Notes under the pieces: model-generated
Told to the model about the DNA's origin: nothing
What the model saw: only the letters and a program-made list of their open reading frames with translations
Database searches by the model: none
Translations under genes and position numbers: made by a program
NCBI GenBank assembly: GCA_028534125.1
Contig: CM052817.1
Span: 28,708,001 to 28,772,000, forward strand
Length of the DNA stretch: 64,000 nt
DNA from: Lama glama
Lineage: Eukaryota
Direction: 5' to 3'
Shown here: one piece after another, positions 25,019-38,262 of the stretch
How positions within the stretch are numbered: the first letter of the stretch is position 1
How the letters are laid out: every line of letters starts with the position of its first letter

Positions 25019-25924
25019 TTATATTTTTTTAAAATTTAAACCAAGAACATGTATCATCTTAAGGAAAATGCTGTTTGTTGTGCTGGCTTATATTTGAGAG
25101 ATTAAACACCACACCTGGTATTGTTAATGTAGACTGAAACACGCAGTGGGCTGATTAATTATTGATAGCAATGAAATTCGGGAGGTTTGCCTGATGAGCA
25201 TTTCTGCCACACTATATCATCACTAACTTTATGCTTAAAAAAAGGAAATTTTTTGTTATTTTAGTTACTAGTTCCTGAAATCTGAATAAAGATATCATAC
25301 ATCAGTATTCTACTAGTCCCCTAACTCTTTCATTAGATAGTAAGTTCATTTCTGCTCTAGCTAATGGCATTAGGTGCCCTGTGTCTATTTATTTTACCGT
25401 CATAAAGCAGGAAGTATCATTGCTCTATTTTACAAAGCAGTAGTATTCTCCAGGCCCAGAAATGCAATAACATCATTTATACTTCCTAGTGGGAGTCTGG
25501 TTTAAATCTTATCCTCAGTCTCTTAATCTTGTTTCCTGTCTATTTCCTTGGAGAGAATTATGAAAGTGCTGTAAGATATATATGTGCCCAATGCTATGCT
25601 GAAAAAAACATAGTTGAAATATAGTATTCTCTCAAAATACAAGGCTTACCATTTGAGGTAAATTACCTAGGAGGACAATTTTCAGAAAGCGATAGTTTGC
25701 CAAGATAATTATTTCAAATGCACAAACAGTTTATTTCCAAGAGGGAGCATATTTTATGCGCCTTGACTCTGCTGTGGGATTAGGACCTCCATCTAACATT
25801 TATTGAACATCACCACAAACCCAGAAGGATAATAAAACCTTGATTAAATGGAGCCCAACCATTCAGATATATAAGTTACCCAAATCTGATTATTTTTCTT
25901 GTAGTCAACTTTTATGAACAAGTG

Positions 25925-26185
25925 CTATAAATCAGAATTCGAGGGAAAGGCATCGTATTTTTAAGCAACTGGCCTAGGGGAGCCCACTGTGCAGCCAGAG
26001 TTGAGGACAACTTGTCTAATCCATGGGGTTTCAACCTCAGCCACATACGGAGTTCCCTGAAAGGCTTAGAGTATTGATGCCTTGGTCTTAGCCCCAGAAT
26101 CCTGCTTTAATGAGGTGCCACCTGGCCATTGGGTCATTTAATAGATCTAGGTGATTTCAACATGCAGTCAAGGTTATGAGCCTTT
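25925..26185. mobile_element. MER5-family (hAT-Charlie) fragments, probably two adjacent copies
   Basis: aatcagaatt...gtatttttaagca...gtgcagccagagttgaggac and aggtgatttcaacatgcagtcaaggtt. Confidence 0.55.
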
Positions 26186-26849
26186 CCTCAGTCTAATATA
26201 TATGAATTGAGTTGAAAACAGAGAGGAATAGTTTATATGAACGAGAAGGGCAGGGAAACAAACCAACAAGAATACTTTTCATAAGAGCACCTCCCATGTT
26301 CAACTCACTGTTGGATGCCATCACCAATTTTCCTATTTAGAATCAAAGGAAAAAAACATTGACACCGGACGTTTAGTTGAATGGGATTAAAGATTTTAAA
26401 AAGCTTTAGAACCTGCTGGAATGATGAAAATATTCTATATCTTGACTGTAGTGTCAGATACAGGACTGTATACATTCTGAAAACTGACAAAATTGCATTG
26501 CTATAATGGGTGAGTTTTTCTGTATATTAACTACCCGAATTAGCCTAATCGAAAACAAACAAAAAACCCAAAGAAACCTTAAAGAATATGCACCTATTTG
26601 AGGGAAGGTTTTAACCAATATTTCATGCTTACAACACAGTAAAACTAGAACAAATGCAGGTGCTAATGAAAGCTTAGTAAGAAAGTGCACTAGTACATTT
26701 CAGAAGCATTTGCAACCGTGCGGTAAAGAAAACAGAAACAAACAGTTGCTTCCTTTGAGCCCTTGCCATTTTCATTTATGGTAAGAGAGACAGCAGGTGA
26801 ATCTGAGGGATGAGGGTGAAGAAGGCATACTTCCTAATGCTCTTTGCTG

Positions 26850-27280
26850 ACTCACCTATACCCACTCTGTACTCTCCACTGTCCTTAGTGGCTGATGCGC
26901 ACAAACCACGTCCTTAGTCTCCCCTGCCTTACGGTTTTCACCTGGATTCAGCCAACGATAAAGACTGGCAAGATCACGCCCTCACCTGACCACACCCCTA
27001 GGATTTCCGTGATCTGGCTGCATCCCTGGACCAAGCGGCACAGCCCTGTCCAGCAGCTCTCTTCACCTCCTTCCTTCTTCCCCACCCTCCCTCTGCCCCA
27101 CCTCTTTCCAGATTCCATTAAACTAGGCTCACATCTTCAGGCCTTATAGGTGTTAACCATTTCCTCTGTAATTGGCAGGAGGGCACTGCCTACACAGTGA
27201 TAAACTGACAATATTCAACTTTTGTCAAACTACCCAATTGGATATGCATTCTCTTTCTTCTGGGACCCTGACTGATAGAC
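26850..27280 (+). mobile_element. Degenerate ERVL-type LTR
   Basis: Ends with the typical ...tttcttctgggaccctgactgataga. Confidence 0.4.
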
Positions 27281-27399
27281 CCACACTGGTCAACAACCAA
27301 CTACTGACTAGCAGAGTGTCATCTGTAGGATCAGCTTTTTAGTGGCACCAGGTTTTAGTGGCAATAATATTGAAATGGGATGAGTTTTCTGAAGTTCTA

Positions 27400-27525
27400 C
27401 TGAACTGGAACCAAATTCCAGCTCTCTGGTAAATAGCCTCATGGCCTTGAGCAAGATACTTAGCTCCTCCAAGCCTCCATTTCTTTACCTGTTAAATGCA
27501 GGAGTAGTACTTTCCTCATAGGATC
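27400..27525 (+). mobile_element. MIR SINE
   Basis: tggccttgagcaagatacttagctcctccaagcctccatttctttacctgttaaatg. Confidence 0.65.
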
Positions 27526-28638
27526 TAGAGTACAGTCATTCCCATTGGGAACGTATTACCAGGAATTTTTAAGTGTGCAGATATTCAGGCCCCTCTCCGG
27601 AGATTTAAGTTTGCTGAAGGGTTCATGTGTGTGTTTATGTGGCGGACAGGGCGGTGGAGGAGGTGCGGCCTCTGCTTTCCTAATTATCTTAATGGCTGAA
27701 TGTGATTCCCAGCTAGCACGATGCCCACCAGCGTAGTACAATGTAGGATATAAGGAAATGTTTTTACCCTTTCTGTCAATCTTCTGCATTACTTTAACCA
27801 GAAATCTCGACAGAGGCATCTACAATTTTCATTCCCAATAAGGACTAAAGGATCAAACTGCAAATACCTGGGAAAATCAATTTATCTTTAAGGATAAGTG
27901 AGTGATGAGAAATCATTCCCTGTTAATAGGTAGGGGGGACAGAGCATTAGACAGAGATACCCAGGCAGAAAAGTAGTAACATCAGAGTGGAAGACGGTAT
28001 GGAGAGAGGATACTAGGTTCCACCAGAGCAAGGGGTTCATTCTGTTTTTATTCACTGGAGGAGGAGGGAAATGCTTAATGACATAGGCTAGGTCCACGTG
28101 CTAACTCAATAAATTATATACAGCTACTATGCCTAATGGCATTACACTTTATTCATGGAGGTGATTCCTCTCCACTCCCCTCCTCAAATGCACACAAATG
28201 CAGACTCCACAAGAGGGTAGAATGCAACATTTGTATGATGGAAATGGATTGCTCTTGTAGTGGAAGATGGAAGACCTAGGGAGATTTCTTTGAAGACAGC
28301 ATGGATCAGTTTGGCCAATGGAATTTTACTGAGAATCACTACATGCCAGGCACTGTGCTGTGATCCAGTGAAGCTCATAGATTATTTCACGGTATAACGT
28401 TAAATGTTTAAAATGCATGGGGCACGTTAGAATATCTCCCACTGTAGACTTTAAATTCTATGAAAAAAAGGGAGGTGGGAATCTGATTTGACTATTGTCT
28501 TAAAGGCACCTTAGGAGGAAAAAAAAAGAACTTAGAATAGGTACACATATTAACAAGAATGAAGAAATATACACTTTTATTTCTCACTCCTTTTTTTGTT
28601 TGTTTTTATTTTTTTGTGTCTCACCCATCCTATTTCTT

Positions 28639-28719
28639 TTCTTTTTAAAAAATTTTTATTGAAGTGTAGTTGATTTACAATGTTAGTTTCAGGTGTACAG
28701 CAAACTAATTCAGTTATAC

Positions 28720-28753
<34 letters not shown>

Positions 28754-28898
28754 TTCAGATTCTTTCTATTATATGTTATTACAAGAAATTAAATATAGTT
28801 CCCTGTGCTGTACAGTAGGTCCTTATTGTTTATCTATGTTATATATAGCACTGTATGTCTGTTAATCAGCAACCTTAATTTATCCCTCCCCACCCCTT
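28639..28898 (-). mobile_element. L1 extreme 3' end (cetartiodactyl-type) with TSD and internal (TA)n
   Basis: ttattgaagtgtagttgatttacaatgttagtttcaggtgtacagcaa...; TSD CTATTTCTT at 28630-28638 and 28899-28907. Confidence 0.9.
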
Positions 28899-29004
28899 CT
28901 ATTTCTTAAGCTATCTTTAGGCAAAGTGGATTCCCAATCAAGACGTTCCCAATTAAGTTCAGATGTTTACTTAAGAAATAATGCTTAACTTTATTTTGTC
29001 CACA

Positions 29005-29712
29005 TTTTTTATTTGTTTTTGAAGTGTAATTGATCTACAGTACTATGTTGTTACTGTTACACAACATAATGATTGACTATTTCTATACATTTCGAAATGA
29101 TCACAGTAAGTCTAGTTACAATATGTCACCATACAAAGATACAAAGATATTACATAGCTATTCACTATATTCTCTATATTGTACATTTTATACCTGTGAC
29201 TCATTTATTTTGCAACTAGAAGTTTGTACCTCTTAATCTCCCTCACTTATCTCTTTCCTTCGTCCAACCCCTCCCCTCTGGAAAACACCTGTTTGTTCTC
29301 TATGGACAACTCTGTTTCTGTTTTGTTATGTTCATTTGTTTTGTTTTGTTTTAGATTCCACTTATAAACAAAATCATACAGTACCCCTTGTCTTTCTCTG
29401 TTTGACTTATTTCACTTAGTATAATACCCTCTAGGTCCATCCATGTTGTTGTAAATGGCAAGATTTCATTCATTTTATGGCTGAGTAATATTCCATTGTG
29501 TGTGTGTGTATACACACACCACGTTTTCTTCATCCATTTGTCTATTGATTGTCACTTAGGTTACTTCCATATCTCAATTATGCAAATAATGCTGCAGTGA
29601 ACATAGAGGTGAAGATATCTTTTCTAATTAGTGTTTTCATTTTCTTTGGATAAATATCCAGGGATGGAATTGCTGCATCATATGGTAATTCTGTTTTTAA
29701 TTTGAGGAACAC
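29005..29712 (-). mobile_element. L1 3' portion (L1MA-like, laurasiatherian)
   Basis: tgacttatttcacttagtataataccctctaggtccatccatgttgttgtaaatggcaagatttcattc; ORF fragment PFTTTWMDLEGIILSEISQTEK. Confidence 0.9.
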
Positions 29713-31109
29713 ACTCTTGAATGTATAGAATACTATGATAGTTCCTATATAAATCATTAAGAGTAACAGTCTCCTTTTGATTTATGTCAGAATTTTTGAT
29801 AATGTGTAACATATTACATATCATTATTGCTGCTTGATTAGGCATACTTTAAATCACTACTGATAACTTAATGGATTTAAATTAGGACTAAGCTAAAATA
29901 AGAAAATTATTTATCTGTTTTATACGACACGAAATTTAAGAAAAATAAAGAGGAAATAATGATTTACTCTGGTTGCTTAGTTTTCATGTGGATGCCTTCT
30001 AATTGTAGGCTTCCAGGGATAATTTAAAATTTTGCATCATTCTATTCAATGATCCAAAGCCACTTGAAATGTCTTCAGCACAACATGAATAATAATTTAA
30101 ATAACACCAGGACTTGCATATATGGGAACAGCATGGTTGTCAGAAAATTCTGTGTCTCTTCAACTCATAATAGAATCAAATCTATACCTAAGTGATCTTT
30201 CTTAAAGTGCTTTTGTCCTCTGAGTTACAGCACCAATCATACAATATAAGAAAAGAAAATGAAAAGTGATTTGGTGGCTTAATCAGCTGGGCTTTATTGC
30301 ATCACATAATGAGAGTAATGACCCACCATTAGGGTAAGTAACAAATCAGTGAATACATACATCTCATACCTATCTAAGATTTAACTTTAAAAAGGCGTTA
30401 ATTATTTAAAAGTCCAAAACATTTGTATAGCTAGAAATGTGTTTGGGAAATTAAATCTTTTACTTTTCATCTGCCTATTTGCCATTAAGTAGACTAGGAT
30501 TTTCAGCTAAGAGTTGATTGTCTTTCAAGGGGATTTACAGCCTTACTGAGGAGACCTGCAAGCCAGCTACTTCAGTCACACTGCTCCACAATTAATTTTT
30601 AAAAGAGCAGTCAGGACACACATGCACACACACATAACATACATTACACTCCTTTATTATGCTCATATCTTTCTTTAGTGTGGGAATAGCCTTGGACGAT
30701 CTGGGTCTGCGCTTGACTCAGTCTCCCTAAGCAAGTACTCTGTGCTGGTCATGTCACCTCTCTAATATTTGGTCCTTGTTGGTTAAATTTTTTTGGCTTG
30801 GCCCCTAGATCCATTTATGTTATAAAGTCCTGTAATTCTAAATGATATAATGAATAGAAAGGGCTTTTCCATGCAGCAAAGTTCTGATATTAAATGTAAA
30901 ATGTTAAAGGGCTACCATTAATAGAAATTGTCTCTTAGAATAAGGAAACAAATTCAGTTTCTATATAAGTACTTCACAGAATTACAGGGTTCAAGGATAA
31001 CTTTCTCTAAGTTCACTGATAGGAGGTGTAGTTCTAGAAGACATTATCAACTGACATTTGTTTCATTAAATCTATTCTTGTTATTGAAATGCCAGCAAGT
31101 AGAATGATG

Positions 31110-31325
31110 CTTAAGGCAGCACAGTGCAGACTGGCTGGACTTACATCCCAGTTTAACAACTTACCAGGTGTGTTTTCTTGGTCAGGTGACTTACTTTCCT
31201 TGGGCCTCTGTTTACTCATGTTTAAACTTCAAGTTGCAGTAAGAATTAAAAGAGCTAATCCATGTGAAGTACTTAGGATGTGCCTGGCATGCATTAATGC
31301 TCACAGTGTTAATTATTATTATTAA
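31110..31325 (+). mobile_element. MIR SINE
   Basis: cttggtcaggtgacttactttccttgggcctctgtttactcatgtttaaa...aagaattaaaagagctaatccatgtgaagtacttag. Confidence 0.7.
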
Positions 31326-32299
31326 ACAGGATACATATCCAGGGCTACTTGACTGTGGTATGACATATTTGTTTATCTGAATATTGACAGTGGTGATTGA
31401 GGAATCCAAAAAATCCCATTCTCATTTTGGCTCCACACACGAACCTAGGAACATATGAATTGCAGGCATGTCATTTACATCTTTGGGCTTAAGTTTTTAT
31501 CTAGTAAAAATTAAATAAGAATAGTAGTTCCTAGTCACATGGCTATAATAAGAAAGAAGAGAATATATGTCAAAGCAATTTTGCTGTAAAATTCTCCATA
31601 ATAGACTTGAGAGGCTATTAAGTATTACATTCTTATGTCCAAAGAGGAATTTACTGGAGAAAACAGAACACAAAAGCTCTCTTTTGAGCTATTAAATGTG
31701 TGAATTAAAAGTAATAGTAAAAATATTACATTAAACAAAATAAAATAAATTGAAGGTATCACAATGGCCCAAAACCTGTAAAATTCGGCAAAACGGGGCT
31801 TTCAATTAATTTCACTGGATTTTATTACATTGATATAAAAAGGAGGAAATGATAGCTTTTCTAAGTCATTTGGGTGAATAGTGTAGTACAGAAATTAAAC
31901 ACTAATATTTTCATCTTTAAAAAAGGCATTTGACTACCTAGAGTTCTGAGTGTCTGAGTGCCTACATTCAATAAGAGTACTTCCATATTTTTTCTTGGAA
32001 AACACTGGCATTTCCAAATGAAGTTTATGTGTACACCTGCATGCTTGAAAAAAAAAAACTCTTTTATTTTAATCTCTTTACCTGCCTAGTGATGATAAAA
32101 AAGACTAAATATGTAAAGTGTGTCTGCAACAGGCACAATTCCCGGAAGGGAAATTACCCTTTAATAGTACTAAACTCAATGGTGTGTGAATGGTTATGTG
32201 GTACTTGAACAGAAAGAACTGATCCATCTTTAATATTAGCACCACATGCCTCTAAGTATTAAGCAGTTAAATCAAAAGACAAAACTCCATTTCGATTTT

Positions 32300-32500
32300 G
32301 ATAAACATTTGCTGAGCACCTACTATGAACCAGGCACAGTGTTAGCTTCAACAGGAAGGACACACACACACACACACACACAGTCCCCGATGTCAAGCAG
32401 TTCAGGCTTAGGGTGACAAGCACAGCAGTGCGGCTCTAACTAAAGTCTGAATAGGACACGAAGGATGGAGCAGAAGCAAACTGTGACTGGAATGAGCTAA
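32300..32500 (-). mobile_element. L2 3' fragment containing (CA)n at ~32360-32382
   Basis: aaacatttgctgagcacctactatgaaccaggcacagtg. Confidence 0.6.
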
Positions 32501-33222
32501 GGGATGGGGATCATTTTCAATTCATCCATTAAAATCTGCATGTAAACTACAGTCATCCCCTCTGTATACATAGCTCCTGTGTATCTGTGGCTCCCCCCAA
32601 TCTGCAATATCTCAAGTTAAATTGAAACTTAAAGATCATATAGGAGATGCATTTATCTTAAGAGTAAAAAAAAAAAGGCTATTTAAATGAATAAAAATAA
32701 TTTTTATATAAGAAAAATTAAACTCAATTCCTAATGTTTTTAATAATCTTTACTATTATTACTTGACCACTTCTATGAACAAAAGTGAATAAAAGAGAAA
32801 AGAAAAGAAGGGTAATTTAAAAAGAGAAACATGCTGTAGCATTCTTTTTCCCACACTGACATGATTAGTCACTAACCCACTCTTCTGACTCTCCTTGTAC
32901 CTGTTAATTTTGAATATGCTTATTTACGTACAGTGTATCTCGCCGTCCTTAAATGGTGACTGCCTAGCCTATCATGAAGACTTGATCGGAGTAATTGCTT
33001 AACAAAATTAATAAAATGAGAATGATCTTCACTCCTCTGAATTTCTATAGTATTCACTACTGACTGTATCAATCATTTGGTATTTAGCATTCACTACCTT
33101 TTATGTTACTAAACATTCACCTAAATGACCACAGGAGCAGTAATTATGCTCCCATCATCCCCACACAAATGTCCATTCCAAAGTCACACAACGAGTGTCC
33201 TATTGTCCCCTAAAGGGTTAAA

Positions 33223-33455
33223 CGGTTGACGCTTGAACAGCATGGAGGTTTGGACCATCAACCCTCTGTGCAGCCAACAATCTAAGTATAAATTATAGCC
33301 AGCCCCCCAAACCTGCAGTTCCTCCGAATCCACAATTCTGTATCCTTGAATTCAACCAACTGTGTATTCATAGTACTGTAATATTTACTACTGAAAAAAA
33401 TTTACATGGCAGTGGACCCGTGAAGTTCACACCCATGTTGCTGAAGGCTTAACTG
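33223..33455. mobile_element. MER8-like Tigger-derived MITE
   Basis: Terminal inverted repeats cggttgacgcttgaacagcatgg ... ccatgttgctgaaggcttaactg; internal gaattcaaccaac and agtggacccg. Confidence 0.8.
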
Positions 33456-33699
33456 TGGTTTCCATGACGGCTGAGGCTGTGTCTTAAATTTCCTTCTATC
33501 ACTCAGTTCAGGGGGTTGATTTGTTTTATCATCGAATCAAAGATACAAATAGAGTGAACAGGCAAATGTAATACATCTAGGAAAAAGTGTGCGAGAAAAT
33601 ACACATTTGATGGAATACACATCGGAGGAGGTTTCCAAACTAATCTTACCGCCTTCGTCCCATTCTGTAAGTCTGTGTCTTCTTGTTCGCTATTGCTGC

Positions 33700-34545
33700 A
33701 GATGACATCCAAGTCACCTTTTGCTACCCAATGCATTCATCTTTTATTTCCAACTACTTTCCACGTCTTATTAATTTTGCACTTACAGTAGCTCTTGAAT
33801 CTATCCCTTCATTGCTATTCCCATTTTCACCGCTTATAACAGGGCTCTCATTATTTCTGTCTCCTAACCAGTTCTCTGACTCCATTTTAGTCCCATTTCA
33901 AACTATTCTTTACACCATTGCTAAATAAATATTCCTAAAGTCTAATTCCACCGAGTGTTCTCCCATGTACAAAACAAAACAAAACCTTCTCAATAGCTCC
34001 TCTGCTCACGTAACGAAATTTGAATGCCACATTTTGGCACTGAGAACTGTCCTCAGGGTGACCCAAAGAAAGGATTGTCCCAGCCCATCTCGTAGTGCTC
34101 CTCACACAGCAGCCAGAGGACACTCGATCCTGGTAAATGCCTGCGTCATCTATGCCAGTTTCACTCTCTCTGGATTGCGTCCCTCCCCTGCCCCATATCC
34201 TTCAAAGTTTGTTCCAAATGGTGCTTTCAGCATAAAACCTTCCGTTCTCACATTTTGGTTGTGAATTCTTGTTATTTCTTGTTCTCTTAATGACCCATCG
34301 CAGTTTGTATGAACCTACCAAGTGTTGAGCCTGTCTTGTCTTGAATAATAGTTATTTCTATAGGAATTTAAACTTTCATCCTTGTGTTCTGCCCCACAAA
34401 ACACACACACACAAACACACAAACCACCTCTGTTAGTCACTGCAGAACAGTGATTCTTTCCCTTTTATCTTTGTATTTCCTGGAGTGCCACCCCCATGAC
34501 AAGGCTCATGATAATCCAGTAACTGTTTGCTGAACTGAATTCAGT
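33700..34545 (+). mobile_element. L2 fragments
   Basis: Degenerate L2-like C/T-rich sequence ending aactgtttgctgaactgaat. Confidence 0.5.
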
Positions 34546-36125
34546 GAAATTAGTGTAATCTATAAAAGAACGTCTGAGCACATAGGAAATTGTTTAGTCC
34601 CCAAAGAAATCTTCTTTTGTTTTAACTAAAACAGATAAACCCAAGTGTAACTATGTTTACAGTGTGTAACAAACAAAAAACAAAGAAGATATGAGCCTTT
34701 GGCAGTAATCTGTAAGAAGGACCTCAGAGTCTCTCCAGTAAGTGAAAATATTCCTTTGGAAAGGTCCCTATGTTATCCCTTTTAGGTTATTAAAGAGAAA
34801 TAAAAAGTATCAGGGAACATACATAATAAGGAAAAACAATTTTCTTTGTTGTGCGGAAGAATTCTACAGCACTTACGTGATTGTACCTAATACTGGCACC
34901 TAAATACATCGAGGAGGAAAGGTATTAAGCGTTCATGTGTCCATTCAGAACCCCTATCACATGCAAAATGGTCACTGACACCTTGCAACAAGTCCAACAA
35001 GTCTTCATTTAAAACTGGTCTCCACATTTCACTCATGGGAGCTACGATTCTGTGGCCCATGCACACATTTTGTATTAAAAAATTTTTTTTAATTAAAAAA
35101 AAAAGAAAGAAAAACAAGAGCTCCCGAAAGATATCCAGGTTCCTTTTGGATCCTGAAATTAAGAGCTGCTCATTCTCAGGTTCCCACGTCCGAATCTACT
35201 ATCCCTCATTATTGCTGTCTGGCTGTTTTCCCCCATGTGCTGAGGAAGCCACCTTCTAGTGACCTCCTTTTTCACAGGCACATACTGTATAACAGGGATA
35301 ATTTATCTGCTTTTCAGATTTGTCAACACCAGCTTACTTTTGCTTGTTCCACGTCTATAAACTGGATCCTAACACCCTCGTGGTGCTCAGCAATGACTAA
35401 TGAGAAGTTGTATACCCACAACACATCTGATAGCTGTGGGAGGAAGGGAAGGGCGCTCTGTAGATGTAGGCTGGGGTGCACTTATGGTGTGCCGTGTGTA
35501 ACAAATTGATAGAAAAAAAAAACATGCTGGCTGTGAATTATCCTTGCCTGTTACAAAATACTAAAGAAAAAACTGTCGATGACAACAGAGGAAGGAGAGC
35601 TTGTGAAGAGGTAAAAAAAAAACCAGGATAATACTCTTGGGTTACAGGAGCAGCAGCAATTTCAGGCAGAAAGTCATAGTCGGGGGGATTTTTATTTGTC
35701 AGATCTCTTCAGATTCTGAGGGCCTGCCGACCAAGAAACGTTTTCAAGTACTATCAACGACGGCTAGCAGGATGCAGCTTCTTACAGTTGCCATACTATT
35801 TAATGTGAGTGCCACTTCTTTCACTTTGATATTTATAAAAGTGTGTCTGTTACAGAGCCAACTCAGTGCAGAGTCACTAGAGTGAATGGCAAATGGAAAC
35901 ACACATGCTCACATCAGTTTAATTCCATGTTGTGCTGACAACAACAAAAAAATGCTCAGGTTTTGAAAATAGCAAACCTGTGCTTGAAGTCAAGTTCTGA
36001 CACCTACTCACTGTGTGCCAACATCTGTCTTTGAGAGTCATTTTCCTATTCTGTTTAAGAGGGATTAAAAATATGGTACCTCCTTCTTAGAATCGCTTTG
36101 AGGAAAGATGTGCAAGGAAGAGCCT

Positions 36126-36609
36126 TATGATAGGCTGAGAAGTAGCCCCAGAAAAGGTAGCAGGTCCTAATCCTTGAAACCTGTAAATGTCACCTCATGT
36201 GATAAAGTCTTAGTGGGTGTGATGGAGGATTTGTGGATCATTATATTATTCTGGATTATCGAATTGGAGCCTAAATCAATCACAGATATCCTTGCAAGAA
36301 GGAATTTGAGGGAGATTTGATACACATACACATATGGGATGAGGAGGCAATGGGATCGCAGAGTGAGAGACTGGATTGCCGTGGCTACTAACCAAGGTAT
36401 GCCGATCACCACCAGCGCTGGAAGAGGCAAGTGGTAGATTTTCCCCTTGAGCCTCTGCAGCCAGTGTGGCCCTGCTGTCAGCTTGATTTCCACCTGGTAA
36501 AAATGATTTTGGGCTTCAGGCCACTGGAACTGTGAGAGAATAAATCTCTGTTGTTTTAAGCCACCAAATGTATGGTAATTTGTTACAGCAGCCATTGGGA
36601 ACTGACACA
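36126..36609 (+). mobile_element. MaLR MLT1 (MLT1D-like) solo LTR
   Basis: gtcctaatccttgaaacctgtaaatgtcacc...gaactgtgagagaataaatctctgttgttttaagccacc...ttgttacagcagcc; agcct/agtct TSD. Confidence 0.9.
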
Positions 36610-36711
36610 AGTCTATTTAGTCTAATGTCTGGCCCTTGGTCAATGCTGAGTGATGGCATTTATATGTGTGAACGTGATATTATCCTTAATAACTGGATGA
36701 TATTGGAGCTG

Positions 36712-38262
36712 AATTATAGATTATACTACAAAGCTACAGTAATCAAAACAGTATGATAATGGCATAAAAACAGACACACAGATCAATTAAACAGGATAGA
36801 AAGCCCAGAAATAAACTCACCCACTTACAGTTAATTAATCTATGACAAAGGAGGCAAGATTATACAATGGAGAAAAGACAGTCTCTTCAATGAGTGGTGC
36901 TGGGGAAACTGGACAGCTACATGTAAAAGAATGAAATTAGAACATTCTTTAATACTATATACAAAAAATAAACTCAAATGGATTAAAGACCTAAATATGA
37001 GACCGGATACTATAAAACTCCTAGAGGAAAACATAGGCAGAACACTCTGACATAAATTGCAGCAATATTTTCTTGAATCCATCTCCTAGAGTAATGGAAA
37101 TAAAAACAAAAATTAAAAAATAGGGCCTAATTAAATTCAAAAGCCTTTTCACCACAAAGGGAGCCATAAACAAACTGAAAAGACAACCTAGGGAATGGAA
37201 GAAAATATTCGCAAATAATGAGACAGCCAGAGATTAATTTACAAAATATACAAACAGCTCACACAGCTTAATCTCAAAAAACAAATAACCCAATCAACAA
37301 TGGGCAAAAGACTTAAATATATATTTCTCCAAATAAGACATATAGATGGCCAACAGGCACATGAAAAGATGTTCCACATCACTAATTATTAGATAAATGC
37401 AGATCAAAACTACAACTGAAGTCTCACCTCACACCTGTCAAAATGGCCATCACCAAAAAGCCTATGAATAATAAATACTGGAGAGGGTGTGGAGAAAAAG
37501 GAATTCACCTACACTGTTGGTGGGACTGTAAACTGGTACAGCCACCATGGAGGGCAATAAGAAGGTTCCTTAAAAAGCTAAAAATGGAGTTACCATATGA
37601 TCTAGCAATCCCACTCCTGGGCATGTGTCCAGAGAAAACTCTAATCTCAAAAGACATATACAACCCCACTGCTCATAGCAGCACTATTTACAATAGCCAA
37701 GACATAGAAGCAAACTAAACATTCATTAACAGATGAATGGATAAAAAAGATTGGTGTATATGTATATATATATATGTATATATATATACACATACACAAA
37801 AGCATATTACTAAGTCATAAAAAAATTGAAATAATTCCATTTGCAGCAACATGGATGGACCTAGAGATTATCATATCAAGTGAAGTGAATCAGACAAAGA
37901 CAAATATCATGTGATATTGCTTATATATGGATCTATAGAATCTACAGAAATGATAGAAATGAACTCATTTACAAAACAAAAATAGAATCACAGAGATAGA
38001 ACACAAATTTATGGTTACCAAAGGAGGAAGGGGGGGAGGACAAGTTCGGAATTTGAGATGAACATATACACACTACTATATACAAAATAAATAACCAACA
38101 AGGACCTACTGTATACCACAAGGAACTATACTCAGTAACTTGTAATAATCTATAATGGAAAAGAATCTGAAAAAGAATATATCTATGTACTACTGAACCA
38201 CTTTGCTGTACAACTGAAACTAATATAACATTGTGTAAATCAACTATACTTCAATAAAAAAA
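36712..38262 (+). mobile_element. 5'-truncated L1 (ORF2 C-terminal remnant + 3' UTR, ~1.55 kb), disrupted
   Basis: Peptides LYYKATVIKTV and [22 protein letters not shown] of L1 ORF2p, with stops and frameshifts. 3' end caactatacttcaataaaaaaa. Confidence 0.95.

Noticed and set aside
34877..35049. Possible cryptic minus-strand exon (cacag acceptor, GTAAGT donor)
   Set aside because: No polypyrimidine tract adjacent to the AG, weak exonic donor context, and no recognisable peptide. No support without RNA data.
36167..36610. 147-aa ORF
   Set aside because: Antisense reading of an MLT1 LTR.
37443..37718. ORF with a Cys/His-rich motif
   Set aside because: Fragment of the L1 ORF2p C-terminus in a truncated, frameshifted element. 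Not a host gene.
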